From the NCBI RefSeq assembly GCF_017348835.2, contig NZ_CP071375.1: a stretch of DNA of 64,000 bases; one strand, 5' to 3'. A program made the position numbers and the translations under genes. Below, piece by piece: positions 1 through 10,351 of this stretch; position 1 is the first letter of the stretch, and every line of letters begins with the position of its first letter. A model generated the notes under the pieces. It did not search any database and was not told the origin of the DNA. It worked only from the letters and a program-made list of their open reading frames with translations. This DNA comes from Escherichia coli (lineage in GTDB: Bacteria; Pseudomonadota; Gammaproteobacteria; Enterobacterales; Enterobacteriaceae).

Positions 1-643
1 TATAAATTCGCCCGATTGTGGTATTGGATTTACCCAGCGTTTCCGCCAGTTCGACGGGTAAAGGTTGCGTATCGAGAATATCGCCCCCCAACAACACCGC
101 GCGTACGCCAAGTACGTGATCTGACGTTTTGCCATAGACCAGCGATCCCTGACCGGATGCATCGGTATTGATCATCCCGCCGAGCGTTGCCCGGTTACTG
201 GTCGAAAGTTCTGGTGCAAAAAAGTAGCCGAACGGTTTCAGGTACTGATTGAGTTGGTCTTTTATCACCCCGGCCTCAACGCGCACCCAGCCCTCTTCAG
301 GGTTAATTTCGATGATGCGGTTCATATGGCGGGACATATCAACAATAATCCCCTGGTTGAGCGCCTGACCGTTAGTGCCGGTGCCGCCGCCGCGGGGGGT
401 AAAGATCAGCGATGAATAGCGTTCCTGCGCCGCAAGACGGGCGATCAGCGCCACATCTGCGGTTGAACGCGGAAATACCACCGCATCGGGGAGAAGTTGG
501 TAAATACTATTGTCAGTCGACATTGTCAGACGATCGGCATAACTTGTCGCCGTATCGCCGGTAAAACCTTGTTGCTCCAGCTCTTGCAAAAAATTAAGCA
601 CCAGTTGAACGACGCCGGGTGCCTGGGAAATCTGTGGAATCAT
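1..643 (-). CDS. ydiJ: FAD-linked oxidoreductase YdiJ, N-terminal part (gene runs off the window start)
   Basis: Reverse-complement reading gives ATG at 641-643 and N-terminus MIPQISQAPGVVQLV; open to the window edge, so absent from the ORF track. Confidence 0.6.
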   Translation of the reverse strand, partial: MIPQISQAPGVVQLVLNFLQELEQQGFTGDTATSYADRLTMSTDNSIYQLLPDAVVFPRSTADVALIARLAAQERYSSLIFTPRGGGTGTNGQALNQGIIVDMSRHMNRIIEINPEEGWVRVEAGVIKDQLNQYLKPFGYFFAPELSTSNRATLGGMINTDASGQGSLVYGKTSDHVLGVRAVLLGGDILDTQPLPVELAETLGKSNTTIGRIY

Positions 644-1031
644 TATATTGACCCTTTCCTGCGGTCTGTGATGTAGGTCGATACACTATTCTTTCAGGCG
701 GCTGCAATAGCGCACTAAAAGGTGATGTTTATTTACTCTATGGATTTCGAGTTGCAGGAAGGCGGCAAGCGAGTGAACTCCAGGAGCTTACAATAGTAAG
801 TGACTGGGGTGAACGAACGTAGCCGCAGCACATGCAACTTGAAATACGACGAGTAAATCGTTTGCGTGTTGCCTGAGTTGTTGTACCACATTTTTTTCTA
901 ACACGCCCATCAGAATTAAGGGCAGAATCGGCCTGTTAAAAACCGCTGAAATTGCTCATCATTATGCAGGTGAGTTTCGCGTGTTCACGTCGCGTCGACG
1001 ATTTGACGCACAAAAAAGGTGAAAAGTAGTT

Positions 1032-2144
1032 ATGGTAAATGTTCGTCAGCCCAGGGATGTCGCACAAATTCTGCTTTCGGTGCTGTTTTTAGCCATCATG
1101 ATTGTGGCATGTCTGTGGATTGTTCAACCCTTTATTCTCGGCTTTGCATGGGCCGGTACGGTGGTTATCGCCACCTGGCCGGTATTGTTACGTTTGCAAA
1201 AGATCATGTTTGGCCGCCGCTCTCTCGCCGTTCTGGTGATGACGCTGTTATTAGTGATGGTGTTTATCATCCCTATTGCTTTGCTGGTTAACAGTATCGT
1301 CGACGGCAGCGGCCCGCTAATTAAAGCCATTTCCAGCGGTGACATGACGTTACCCGATCTGGCGTGGCTTAATACCATTCCGGTGATTGGCGCGAAGCTG
1401 TATGCAGGCTGGCACAACTTGCTGGATATGGGGGGGACGGCGATCATGGCGAAAGTCCGCCCTTATATTGGCACCACCACCACCTGGTTCGTTGGGCAAG
1501 CGGCGCATATCGGGCGCTTTATGGTGCATTGTGCGCTGATGCTTCTCTTCAGTGCCCTGCTGTACTGGCGCGGTGAACAGGTGGCACAAGGCATTCGCCA
1601 TTTTGCAACCCGTCTGGCAGGCGTTCGCGGAGATGCCGCCGTGCTGCTGGCGGCACAGGCTATCCGCGCGGTGGCGCTGGGTGTGGTGGTGACGGCGTTA
1701 GTACAGGCAGTGCTTGGCGGTATCGGCCTCGCCGTATCCGGCGTACCTTATGCAACGTTGCTAACGGTGTTAATGATCCTCTCCTGCCTTGTCCAGCTTG
1801 GCCCGTTGCCGGTACTGATTCCGGCGATTATCTGGCTCTACTGGACCGGCGATACCACCTGGGGAACGGTATTGTTAGTGTGGAGCGGTGTGGTTGGCAC
1901 GCTGGATAACGTCATCCGCCCAATGTTAATTCGCATGGGTGCCGATTTACCGCTGATCCTGATCCTCTCTGGCGTTATTGGTGGTTTGATTGCTTTCGGG
2001 ATGATCGGTCTGTTTATTGGTCCGGTTCTGTTAGCCGTTTCCTGGCGTCTGTTTGCCGCGTGGGTGGAAGAAGTCCCGCCGCCGACGGACCAACCGGAAG
2101 AAATTCTCGAAGAACTTGGCGAAATCGAGAAACCGAATAAGTAA
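1032..2144 (+). CDS. ydiK: AI-2E/UPF0118 family inner-membrane transporter
   Basis: 370-aa ORF with multiple hydrophobic helices; position and sequence match YdiK. Confidence 0.85.
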   Translation: MVNVRQPRDVAQILLSVLFLAIMIVACLWIVQPFILGFAWAGTVVIATWPVLLRLQKIMFGRRSLAVLVMTLLLVMVFIIPIALLVNSIVDGSGPLIKAISSGDMTLPDLAWLNTIPVIGAKLYAGWHNLLDMGGTAIMAKVRPYIGTTTTWFVGQAAHIGRFMVHCALMLLFSALLYWRGEQVAQGIRHFATRLAGVRGDAAVLLAAQAIRAVALGVVVTALVQAVLGGIGLAVSGVPYATLLTVLMILSCLVQLGPLPVLIPAIIWLYWTGDTTWGTVLLVWSGVVGTLDNVIRPMLIRMGADLPLILILSGVIGGLIAFGMIGLFIGPVLLAVSWRLFAAWVEEVPPPTDQPEEILEELGEIEKPNK

Positions 2145-2280
2145 TTTCTCATCAGGCGGCTCTGCCGCCTGATTGTTAACCACCGCTAATTGATATTTGC
2201 TTGCTCTTCCCCATATTTTCCTGCGTACCGCCATTCAGCTGGTAGTACCTGTCGCAAATTCTTTACAGTTTTTAAACTAA

Positions 2281-2294
2281 TGAGACGAATCTGA
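2281..2294 (+). promoter_or_regulatory. Putative RcsB box of the rprA promoter
   Basis: TGAGACGAATCTGA lies about 40-50 bp upstream of the RprA 5' end; recalled RcsB-dependent promoter. Confidence 0.4.
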
Positions 2295-2329
2295 TCGACG
2301 CAAAAAGTCCGTATGCCTACTATTAGCTC

Positions 2330-2435
2330 ACGGTTATAAATCAACATATTGATTTATAAGCATGGAAATCCCCTGAGTGAAACAACGAATTGCTGTGTGT
2401 AGTCTTTGCCCATCTCCCACGATGGGCTTTTTTTT
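2330..2435 (+). ncRNA. rprA: RprA small regulatory RNA (RpoS translational activator)
   Basis: ACGGTTATAAATCAACATATTGATTTATAAGCATGGAAATCCCCTGAGTGAAACAACGAATTGCTGTGTGTAGTCTTTGCCCATCTCCCACGATGGGCTTTTTTTT matches RprA as I recall it, ending in a hairpin plus T8 terminator. Confidence 0.85.
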
Positions 2436-2572
2436 AACATTTTTCCGCTTCGCTACCTCGCCCCTCACTCTTTCCAATAATGTTGCACAAGATACTGTGA
2501 CTCTCTTCAAGCCGTCAGCAAGCTGATAATGTTATTTATATTTTATTGTTTATTTCATGCAGCCATTACACG

Positions 2573-2929
2573 ATGAACGCTTATGAACTCCAGGCACTCC
2601 GCCATATTTTTGCCATGACTATTGAAGAATGCGCGACCTGGATTGCCCAGACCGGTGACAGTGAAAGCTGGCGTCAATGGGAAAATGGCAAGTGTGCCAT
2701 TCCTGATTGTGTAGTCGAGCAACTGTTGGCTATGCGTCAGCAAAGAAAAAAACATCTTCATGCCATCATAGAGAAAATAAATAACCGCATCGGCAACAAC
2801 ACCATGCGTTTTTTCCCCGACTTAACCGCATTTCAACGAGTCTACCCTGATGGCAATTTTATTGACTGGAAGATCTATCAATCGGTAGCCGCTGAATTAT
2901 ATGCACACGATCTGGAGCGGCTTTGTTAA
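2573..2929 (+). CDS. ydiL: DUF1870 small protein, putative HTH regulator
   Basis: ORF track 2546..2929; annotated-length start taken at MNAYELQALRHIF (118 aa). Confidence 0.75.
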   Translation: MNAYELQALRHIFAMTIEECATWIAQTGDSESWRQWENGKCAIPDCVVEQLLAMRQQRKKHLHAIIEKINNRIGNNTMRFFPDLTAFQRVYPDGNFIDWKIYQSVAAELYAHDLERLC

Positions 2930-3028
2930 TTTTTCCACAGAAAGGAATTGTCGTTGTTACAACAATAATGAATGGATACTGACACAACATCGCTACACTT
3001 TTTAAAGCACCTTTGCTAAGTAGAACCT

Positions 3029-4243
3029 ATGAAAAATCCCTATTACCCTACCGCACTTGGGTTGTATTTTAATTACCTGGTGCATGGTATGGGCGTCATT
3101 TTGATGAGCCTGAATATGGCCTCGCTGGAGACACTTTGGCAGACTAATGCCGCGGGTGTCTCGATAGTTATCTCATCGCTGGGCATTGGTCGATTAAGTG
3201 TCTTGCTTTTTGCAGGATTATTATCCGATCGCTTTGGTCGCCGCCCTTTTATCATGCTCGGGATGTGCTGCTATATGGCCTTCTTTTTTGGCATCCTGCA
3301 GACCAATAACATCATTATCGCTTATGTTTTTGGCTTTCTGGCGGGAATGGCAAACAGTTTTCTCGATGCAGGCACTTATCCCAGTTTGATGGAAGCTTTT
3401 CCACGCTCACCGGGGACAGCCAATATTTTAATTAAAGCATTTGTTTCCAGCGGACAATTTTTATTACCGCTAATCATTAGCCTGTTAGTGTGGGCTGAAC
3501 TGTGGTTCGGTTGGTCCTTTATGATTGCTGCAGGCATTATGTTTATTAACGCTCTGTTTTTATACCGTTGTACGTTCCCACCCCATCCGGGTCGTCGCTT
3601 ACCTGTCATAAAGAAAACCACCAGCTCTACGGAACATCGCTGTTCAATTATCGATTTAGCCAGTTATACCTTATATGGCTATATCTCAATGGCAACGTTT
3701 TATCTGGTTAGCCAGTGGCTGGCACAGTACGGACAATTTGTTGCAGGCATGTCATACACTATGTCGATCAAACTACTCAGTATCTACACCGTGGGTTCGC
3801 TGCTTTGTGTATTTATTACCGCTCCACTCATTCGTAATACCGTTCGCCCAACAACATTACTGATGCTGTACACCTTTATCTCATTTATTGCTCTGTTTAC
3901 CGTCTGCCTGCATCCCACATTTTATGTGGTGATAATATTTGCTTTTGTCATTGGTTTTACCTCTGCTGGAGGTGTTGTGCAAATTGGCCTGACGTTAATG
4001 GCTGAACGTTTCCCTTACGCTAAAGGTAAAGCTACAGGGATCTATTACAGTGCGGGCAGTATTGCGACCTTTACTATTCCGTTGATTACGGCTCATCTGT
4101 CCCAAAGAAGTATTGCCGATATTATGTGGTTCGATACCGCCATCGCCGCCGTCGGTTTTTTACTGGCACTATTTATTGGCTTACGCAGCCGTAAAGAAGC
4201 ACAACACCCATCATTAAGGGAAAATGTCGCTACTGGTGCGTAA
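3029..4243 (+). CDS. ydiM: MFS transporter
   Basis: 404-aa ORF with 12-TMS character and the MFS motif GRLSDRFGRR. Confidence 0.85.
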   Translation: MKNPYYPTALGLYFNYLVHGMGVILMSLNMASLETLWQTNAAGVSIVISSLGIGRLSVLLFAGLLSDRFGRRPFIMLGMCCYMAFFFGILQTNNIIIAYVFGFLAGMANSFLDAGTYPSLMEAFPRSPGTANILIKAFVSSGQFLLPLIISLLVWAELWFGWSFMIAAGIMFINALFLYRCTFPPHPGRRLPVIKKTTSSTEHRCSIIDLASYTLYGYISMATFYLVSQWLAQYGQFVAGMSYTMSIKLLSIYTVGSLLCVFITAPLIRNTVRPTTLLMLYTFISFIALFTVCLHPTFYVVIIFAFVIGFTSAGGVVQIGLTLMAERFPYAKGKATGIYYSAGSIATFTIPLITAHLSQRSIADIMWFDTAIAAVGFLLALFIGLRSRKEAQHPSLRENVATGA

Positions 4244-4463
4244 TGCAATATTCTTTTCAGCTCATGCAAGATCTTACGGATAAATTGTTCTTTCTGCACT
4301 AATTAAGGAAAATCGCGATCAAAAACAAACTATCACATGCAATATTCCTGGAAATATAAACTTTATATCATGTACCCATAGAAAATCATCTTCAGTATAG
4401 TGATTATGAAAACCGGCGGAGAACAATACGTACGGTAACGAAATTACCTTTCAGCAAGGAGCT

Positions 4464-5723
4464 GTGAAAATGTCTCAAAATAAGGCTTTCAGCACGCCAT
4501 TTATCCTGGCTGTTCTTTGTATTTACCTCAGTTATTTTCTACACGGCATTAGTGTTATTACGCTTGCCCAAAATATGTCATCTCTGGCGGAAAAGTTTTC
4601 CACTGACAACGCGGGCATTGCCTACTTAATTTCCGGTATCGGTTTGGGGCGATTGATCAGTATTTTATTCTTCGGTGTGATCTCCGATAAGTTTGGTCGT
4701 CGGGCGGTGATATTAATGGCAGTAATAATGTATCTGCTATTCTTCTTTGGTATTCCCGCTTGCCCGAATTTAACTCTCGCCTACGGTCTGGCAGTGTGCG
4801 TAGGTATCGCTAACTCAGCGCTGGATACGGGTGGCTACCCCGCGCTCATGGAATGCTTTCCGAAAGCCTCTGGTTCGGCGGTCATACTGGTTAAAGCGAT
4901 GGCGTCATTCGGGCAAATGTTCTACCCAATGCTGGTGAGCTATATGTTGCTCAATAATATCTGGTACGGCTATGGGCTGATTATTCCGGGTATTCTGTTT
5001 GTACTGATCACGCTGATGCTGTTGAAAAGCAAATTCCCCAGCCAGTTGGTGGACGCCAGCGTAGCTAATGAATTACCGCAAATGAACAGCAAACCGTTAG
5101 TCTGGCTGGAAGGTGTTTCATCGGTACTGTTCGGTGTAGCCGCATTCTCGACCTTTTATGTGATTGTGGTGTGGATGCCCAAATATGCGATGGCTTTTGC
5201 TGGTATGTCAGAAGCTGAGGCATTAAAAACCATCTCTTATTACAGTATGGGCTCGTTGGTCTGTGTCTTTATTTTTGCCGCACTACTGAAAAAAATGGTC
5301 CGGCCCATCTGGGCTAATGTATTTAACTCTGCACTGGCAACAATAACAGCAGCCATTATCTACCTGTACCCTTCTCCACTGGTGTGTAATGCCGGCGCCT
5401 TTGTTATCGGTTTCTCAGCAGCTGGCGGCATTTTACAGCTCGGTGTTTCGGTCATGTCAGAGTTTTTCCCCAAAAGCAAAGCCAAAGTCACCAGTATTTA
5501 TATGATGATGGGTGGACTGGCTAACTTTGTTATTCCGCTGATTACCGGTTATCTGTCGAACATCGGCCTGCAATATATCATCGTTCTCGATTTTACATTC
5601 GCGCTTGTGGCCCTGATTACCGCAATTATTGTTTTCATCCGCTATTACCGCGTCTTCATTATTCCTGAGAATGATGTGCGGTTTGGCGAACGCAATTTTA
5701 ACACCCCAGTTAAGCACAATTAA
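4464..5723 (+). CDS. ydiN: MFS transporter, paralog of ydiM
   Basis: 419-aa ORF sharing motifs with YdiM (SDKFGRR, DTGGYPALMECFP, IGFSAAGG). Confidence 0.85.
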   Translation: MKMSQNKAFSTPFILAVLCIYLSYFLHGISVITLAQNMSSLAEKFSTDNAGIAYLISGIGLGRLISILFFGVISDKFGRRAVILMAVIMYLLFFFGIPACPNLTLAYGLAVCVGIANSALDTGGYPALMECFPKASGSAVILVKAMASFGQMFYPMLVSYMLLNNIWYGYGLIIPGILFVLITLMLLKSKFPSQLVDASVANELPQMNSKPLVWLEGVSSVLFGVAAFSTFYVIVVWMPKYAMAFAGMSEAEALKTISYYSMGSLVCVFIFAALLKKMVRPIWANVFNSALATITAAIIYLYPSPLVCNAGAFVIGFSAAGGILQLGVSVMSEFFPKSKAKVTSIYMMMGGLANFVIPLITGYLSNIGLQYIIVLDFTFALVALITAIIVFIRYYRVFIIPENDVRFGERNFNTPVKHN

Positions 5724-5747
5724 GCATAGAGGTTAAAGGAGTTAATT

Positions 5748-6614
5748 ATGGATGTTACAGCTAAATATGAATTGATTGGGCTGATGGCCTATCCTATCCG
5801 CCACAGTTTATCGCCTGAAATGCAGAATAAAGCCTTAGAAAAAGCGGGATTGCCATTTACCTATATGGCCTTTGAAGTGGATAACGATAGCTTTCCCGGA
5901 GCAATTGAAGGATTAAAAGCTTTAAAAATGCGCGGAACCGGTGTTTCGATGCCCAACAAACAACTGGCGTGTGAATATGTCGATGAATTAACGCCAGCAG
6001 CCAAACTGGTTGGCGCTATCAATACCATCGTTAATGATGACGGTTACCTGCGCGGCTATAACACCGACGGCACGGGCCATATTCGCGCCATTAAAGAGAG
6101 CGGTTTTGATATCAAAGGCAAAACGATGGTGCTGTTAGGGGCCGGAGGTGCCTCAACGGCGATTGGCGCGCAGGGGGCAATTGAAGGTTTAAAAGAAATT
6201 AAACTCTTTAACCGTCGGGATGAGTTCTTCGATAAAGCCCTCGCCTTCGCGCAGCGGGTTAACGAAAACACCGATTGTGTCGTCACGGTTACCGATCTCG
6301 CCGATCAGCAAGCCTTTGCTGAAGCCCTGGCTTCCGCCGACATTTTAACCAATGGCACAAAAGTGGGTATGAAACCCCTTGAGAATGAATCATTAGTTAA
6401 TGATATCAGTCTGTTACATCCGGGACTGCTGGTCACTGAATGCGTGTATAACCCGCATATGACGAAGTTATTGCGGCAGGCGCAACAAGCTGGTTGCAAA
6501 ACGATTGATGGATACGGCATGTTGTTGTGGCAAGGGGCTGAACAGTTCACGTTATGGACTGGCAAAGATTTCCCTCTGGAATATGTTAAACAGGTCATGG
6601 GGTTCGGTGCCTGA
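5748..6614 (+). CDS. ydiB: Quinate/shikimate 5-dehydrogenase, NAD(P)-dependent
   Basis: 288-aa ORF of the AroE-like family; RBS GGAG upstream. Confidence 0.9.
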   Translation: MDVTAKYELIGLMAYPIRHSLSPEMQNKALEKAGLPFTYMAFEVDNDSFPGAIEGLKALKMRGTGVSMPNKQLACEYVDELTPAAKLVGAINTIVNDDGYLRGYNTDGTGHIRAIKESGFDIKGKTMVLLGAGGASTAIGAQGAIEGLKEIKLFNRRDEFFDKALAFAQRVNENTDCVVTVTDLADQQAFAEALASADILTNGTKVGMKPLENESLVNDISLLHPGLLVTECVYNPHMTKLLRQAQQAGCKTIDGYGMLLWQGAEQFTLWTGKDFPLEYVKQVMGFGA

Positions 6615-6644
6615 CAGGCTGACCGCGTGCAGAAAGGGTAAAAA

Positions 6645-7403
6645 ATGAAAACCGTAACTGTAAAAGATCTCGTCATTGGTACGGGCGCACCTAAAATCAT
6701 CGTCTCGCTGATGGCGAAAGATATCGCCCGCGTGAAATCCGAAGCTCTCGCCTATCGTGAAGCGGACTTTGATATTCTGGAATGGCGTGTGGACCACTTT
6801 GCCGACCTCTCCAATGTGGAGTCTGTCATGGCGGCGGCAAAAATTCTCCGTGAAACCATGCCAGAAAAACCGCTGCTGTTTACCTTCCGCAGTGCCAAAG
6901 AAGGCGGCGAGCAGGCGATTTCCACCGAGGCTTATATTGCACTCAATCGTGCAGCCATCGACAGCGGCCTGGTTGATATGATCGATCTGGAGTTATTTAC
7001 CGGCGATGATCAGGTTAAAGAAACCGTCGCCTACGCCCACGCGCATGATGTGAAAGTTGTCATGTCCAACCATGACTTCCATAAAACGCCGGAAGCCGAA
7101 GAAATCATTGCCCGTCTGCGCAAAATGCAATCCTTCGACGCCGATATTCCTAAGATTGCGCTGATGCCGCAAAGTACCAGCGATGTGCTGACGTTGCTTG
7201 CCGCGACCCTGGAGATGCAGGAGCAGTATGCCGATCGTCCAATCATCACGATGTCGATGGCAAAAACTGGCGTAATTTCTCGTCTGGCTGGTGAAGTATT
7301 TGGCTCGGCGGCAACTTTTGGTGCGGTAAAAAAAGCCTCTGCGCCAGGGCAAATCTCGGTAAATGATTTGCGCACAGTATTAACTATTTTACATCAGGCA
7401 TAA
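6645..7403 (+). CDS. aroD: 3-dehydroquinate dehydratase, type I
   Basis: 252-aa ORF; sequence and position match AroD. Confidence 0.95.
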   Translation: MKTVTVKDLVIGTGAPKIIVSLMAKDIARVKSEALAYREADFDILEWRVDHFADLSNVESVMAAAKILRETMPEKPLLFTFRSAKEGGEQAISTEAYIALNRAAIDSGLVDMIDLELFTGDDQVKETVAYAHAHDVKVVMSNHDFHKTPEAEEIIARLRKMQSFDADIPKIALMPQSTSDVLTLLAATLEMQEQYADRPIITMSMAKTGVISRLAGEVFGSAATFGAVKKASAPGQISVNDLRTVLTILHQA

Positions 7404-7548
7404 GCAATAATATTTCGGCGGGAATATCCTCCCCCGCCGAACTAAAAAAAATATATTCAACCGTATTTAATAAAAATATTTCGTGAGTCTCTGTGCGCTA
7501 ATTATCCATCTGGCGTAGGGAAAATCACACCTGAATCAGGAATTAACA

Positions 7549-9144
7549 ATGAAACCTGTAAAACCACCTCGTATTAATGGACGAGTGCCGGTCCTGTCGG
7601 CACAGGAAGCGGTGAATTATATTCCCGACGAAGCAACACTTTGTGTTTTAGGCGCTGGCGGCGGTATTCTGGAAGCCACCACGTTAATTACTGCTCTTGC
7701 TGATAAATATAAACAGACTCAAACGCCACGTAATTTATCGATTATTAGTCCAACAGGGCTTGGCGATCGCGCCGACCGTGGTATTAGTCCGCTGGCGCAA
7801 GAAGGTCTGGTGAAATGGGCATTATGTGGTCACTGGGGACAATCGCCGCGTATTTCTGAACTCGCAGAACAAAATAAAATTATTGCTTATAACTACCCAC
7901 AAGGTGTACTTACACAAACCTTACGCGCCGCCGCAGCCCACCAGCCTGGTATTATTAGTGATATTGGCATCGGGACATTTGTCGATCCACGCCAGCAAGG
8001 CGGCAAACTGAATGAAGTCACTAAAGAAGACCTGATTAAACTGGTCGAGTTTGATAACAAAGAATATCTCTATTACAAAGCGATTGCTCCAGATATCGCC
8101 TTCATTCGCGCTACCACCTGCGACAGCGAAGGCTACGCCACTTTTGAAGATGAGGTGATGTATCTCGACGCATTGGTTATTGCCCAGGCGGTGCACAATA
8201 ACGGCGGTATTGTGATGATGCAGGTGCAGAAAATGGTTAAGAAAGCCACGCTGCATCCTAAATCTGTCCGTATTCCGGGTTATCTGGTGGATATTGTGGT
8301 GGTCGATCCGGATCAAAGCCAACTGTATGGCGGTGCGCCGGTTAACCGCTTTATTTCTGGTGACTTCACCCTTGATGACAGCACAAAACTTAGCCTGCTC
8401 CTAAACCAACGTAAATTAGTTGCACGGCGTGCATTATTCGAAATGCGTAAAAGCGCGGTGGGGAATGTCGGCGTCGGTATTGCTGACGGCATTGGCCTGG
8501 TCGCCCGGGAAGAAGGTTGTGCTGATGACTTTATTCTGACGGTAGAAACAGGTCCGATTGGCGGAATTACTTCACAGGGTATCGCCTTTGGCGCGAACGT
8601 GAATACCCGTGCCATTCTGGATATGACGTCCCAGTTTGATTTTTATCACGGTGGCGGTCTGGATGTTTGTTATTTGAGTTTTGCTGAAGTCGACCAGCAC
8701 GGTAACGTCGGCGTGCATAAATTCAATGGCAAAATCATGGGTACCGGTGGATTTATTGATATCAGTGCCACCTCGAAGAAAATTATTTTCTGCGGCACGT
8801 TAACTGCGGGCAGTTTAAAAACAGAAATTGCCGATGGCAAATTGAATATCGTCCAGGAAGGACGGGTAAATAAATTTATTCGGGAACTACCGGAAATTAC
8901 TTTTAGCGGAAAAATCGCTCTCGAGCGAGGGCTGGATGTTCGTTATATCACTGAGCGCGCCGTATTCACGCTGAAAGAAGACGGCCTGCATTTAATCGAA
9001 ATCGCCCCTGGCGTCGATTTACAAAAAGATATTCTCGACAAAATGGATTTCACCCCAGTGATTTCGCCAGAACTCAAACTGATGGACGAAAGATTATTTA
9101 TCGATGCGGCGATGGGTTTTGTCCTGCCTGAAGCGGCTCATTAA
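7549..9144 (+). CDS. ydiF: Acetate/acyl CoA-transferase (fused alpha/beta subunits)
   Basis: 531-aa ORF of CoA-transferase family I. Confidence 0.9.
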   Translation: MKPVKPPRINGRVPVLSAQEAVNYIPDEATLCVLGAGGGILEATTLITALADKYKQTQTPRNLSIISPTGLGDRADRGISPLAQEGLVKWALCGHWGQSPRISELAEQNKIIAYNYPQGVLTQTLRAAAAHQPGIISDIGIGTFVDPRQQGGKLNEVTKEDLIKLVEFDNKEYLYYKAIAPDIAFIRATTCDSEGYATFEDEVMYLDALVIAQAVHNNGGIVMMQVQKMVKKATLHPKSVRIPGYLVDIVVVDPDQSQLYGGAPVNRFISGDFTLDDSTKLSLLLNQRKLVARRALFEMRKSAVGNVGVGIADGIGLVAREEGCADDFILTVETGPIGGITSQGIAFGANVNTRAILDMTSQFDFYHGGGLDVCYLSFAEVDQHGNVGVHKFNGKIMGTGGFIDISATSKKIIFCGTLTAGSLKTEIADGKLNIVQEGRVNKFIRELPEITFSGKIALERGLDVRYITERAVFTLKEDGLHLIEIAPGVDLQKDILDKMDFTPVISPELKLMDERLFIDAAMGFVLPEAAH

Positions 9145-9157
9145 CAGGAGTATCACG

Positions 9158-10309
9158 ATGGATTTTTCTTTAACTGAAGAACAAGAACTGCTGCTGGCCA
9201 GTATTCGCGAACTGATTACGACTAACTTTCCGGAAGAGTATTTCCGCACCTGCGATCAAAACGGGACATACCCGCGTGAATTTATGCGGGCACTGGCGGA
9301 TAACGGTATTTCCATGCTTGGCGTGCCGGAAGAATTTGGTGGTATCCCTGCGGATTACGTCACCCAGATGCTGGCGCTGATGGAAGTGTCAAAATGCGGT
9401 GCTCCGGCATTTTTGATTACCAACGGTCAATGTATTCACAGTATGCGCCGTTTCGGTTCTGCAGAGCAGCTACGTAAAACGGCAGAAAGCACCCTGGAAA
9501 CGGGTGATCCCGCCTATGCCCTGGCGTTGACGGAGCCAGGCGCAGGCTCAGACAACAACAGTGCCACCACCACTTACACGCGTAAAAACGGCAAGGTTTA
9601 CATCAACGGACAGAAAACCTTTATTACCGGTGCGAAAGAGTACCCATATATGCTGGTGCTGGCGCGCGATCCTGAACCGAATGATCCGAAAAAGGCCTTC
9701 ACACTGTGGTGGGTCGACTCCAGTAAGCCCGGCATTAAGATTAACCCGCTGCATAAAATCGGCTGGCATATGCTCAGCACCTGCGAAGTCTATCTCGACA
9801 ACGTAGAAGTTGAAGAGAGCGACATGGTGGGCGAAGAAGGAATGGGTTTCCTCAATGTGATGTACAACTTTGAGATGGAGCGCCTGATCAACGCCGCGCG
9901 CAGCACCGGCTTTGCCGAATGCGCCTTTGAAGATGCCGCCCGCTATGCCAACCAACGTATCGCTTTTGGTAAACCCATTGGTCATAACCAGATGATCCAG
10001 GAAAAACTGGCGCTGATGGCGATTAAGATCGACAACATGCGCAACATGGTGCTGAAAGTGGCATGGCAAGCCGATCAGCATCAGTCACTGCGCACCAGCG
10101 CGGCGCTGGCAAAACTGTATTGCGCACGTACCGCAATGGAAGCCATTGATGATGCGATTCAAATCATGGGCGGTCTGGGCTATACCGATGAAGCGCGCGT
10201 CTCCCGCTTCTGGCGTGATGTCCGTTGTGAACGTATCGGCGGCGGTACAGACGAAATTATGATTTACGTAGCAGGTCGGCAGATCCTGAAAGACTATCAG
10301 AACAAATAA
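9158..10309 (+). CDS. ydiO: Acyl-CoA dehydrogenase (CaiA-like)
   Basis: ORF track 9104..10309; annotated start taken at MDFSLTEEQELL (383 aa); acyl-CoA dehydrogenase family. Confidence 0.9.
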   Translation: MDFSLTEEQELLLASIRELITTNFPEEYFRTCDQNGTYPREFMRALADNGISMLGVPEEFGGIPADYVTQMLALMEVSKCGAPAFLITNGQCIHSMRRFGSAEQLRKTAESTLETGDPAYALALTEPGAGSDNNSATTTYTRKNGKVYINGQKTFITGAKEYPYMLVLARDPEPNDPKKAFTLWWVDSSKPGIKINPLHKIGWHMLSTCEVYLDNVEVEESDMVGEEGMGFLNVMYNFEMERLINAARSTGFAECAFEDAARYANQRIAFGKPIGHNQMIQEKLALMAIKIDNMRNMVLKVAWQADQHQSLRTSAALAKLYCARTAMEAIDDAIQIMGGLGYTDEARVSRFWRDVRCERIGGGTDEIMIYVAGRQILKDYQNK

Positions 10310-10315
10310 TCTGCA

Positions 10316-10347
10316 GGCGGCGCAGCTTCTTAACAAACTGCGCCGCC
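10316..10347. terminator. Hairpin between convergent ydiO and ydiP
   Basis: GGCGGCGCAG / CTGCGCCGCC 10-bp stem with 12-nt loop. Confidence 0.45.
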
Positions 10348-10351
10348 AGAT

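Noticed and set aside
1019-1291. 90-aa ORF overlapping the ydiK start in another frame
   Set aside because: Out-of-frame overlap with the long, well-supported ydiK ORF; no RBS.
7404-7548. Hairpin CGGCGGG-aatatcctc-CCCGCCG after aroD followed by A8
   Set aside because: The A-run rather than T-run downstream on the plus strand makes an aroD terminator call unreliable.
9548-10081. 177-aa reverse-strand ORF inside ydiO, and many similar antisense ORFs inside ppsA, pheT, katE, astB, astD and others
   Set aside because: They lie wholly within well-supported genes on the opposite strand or in other frames, have no independent start context, and are the usual shadow ORFs of GC-rich coding DNA.
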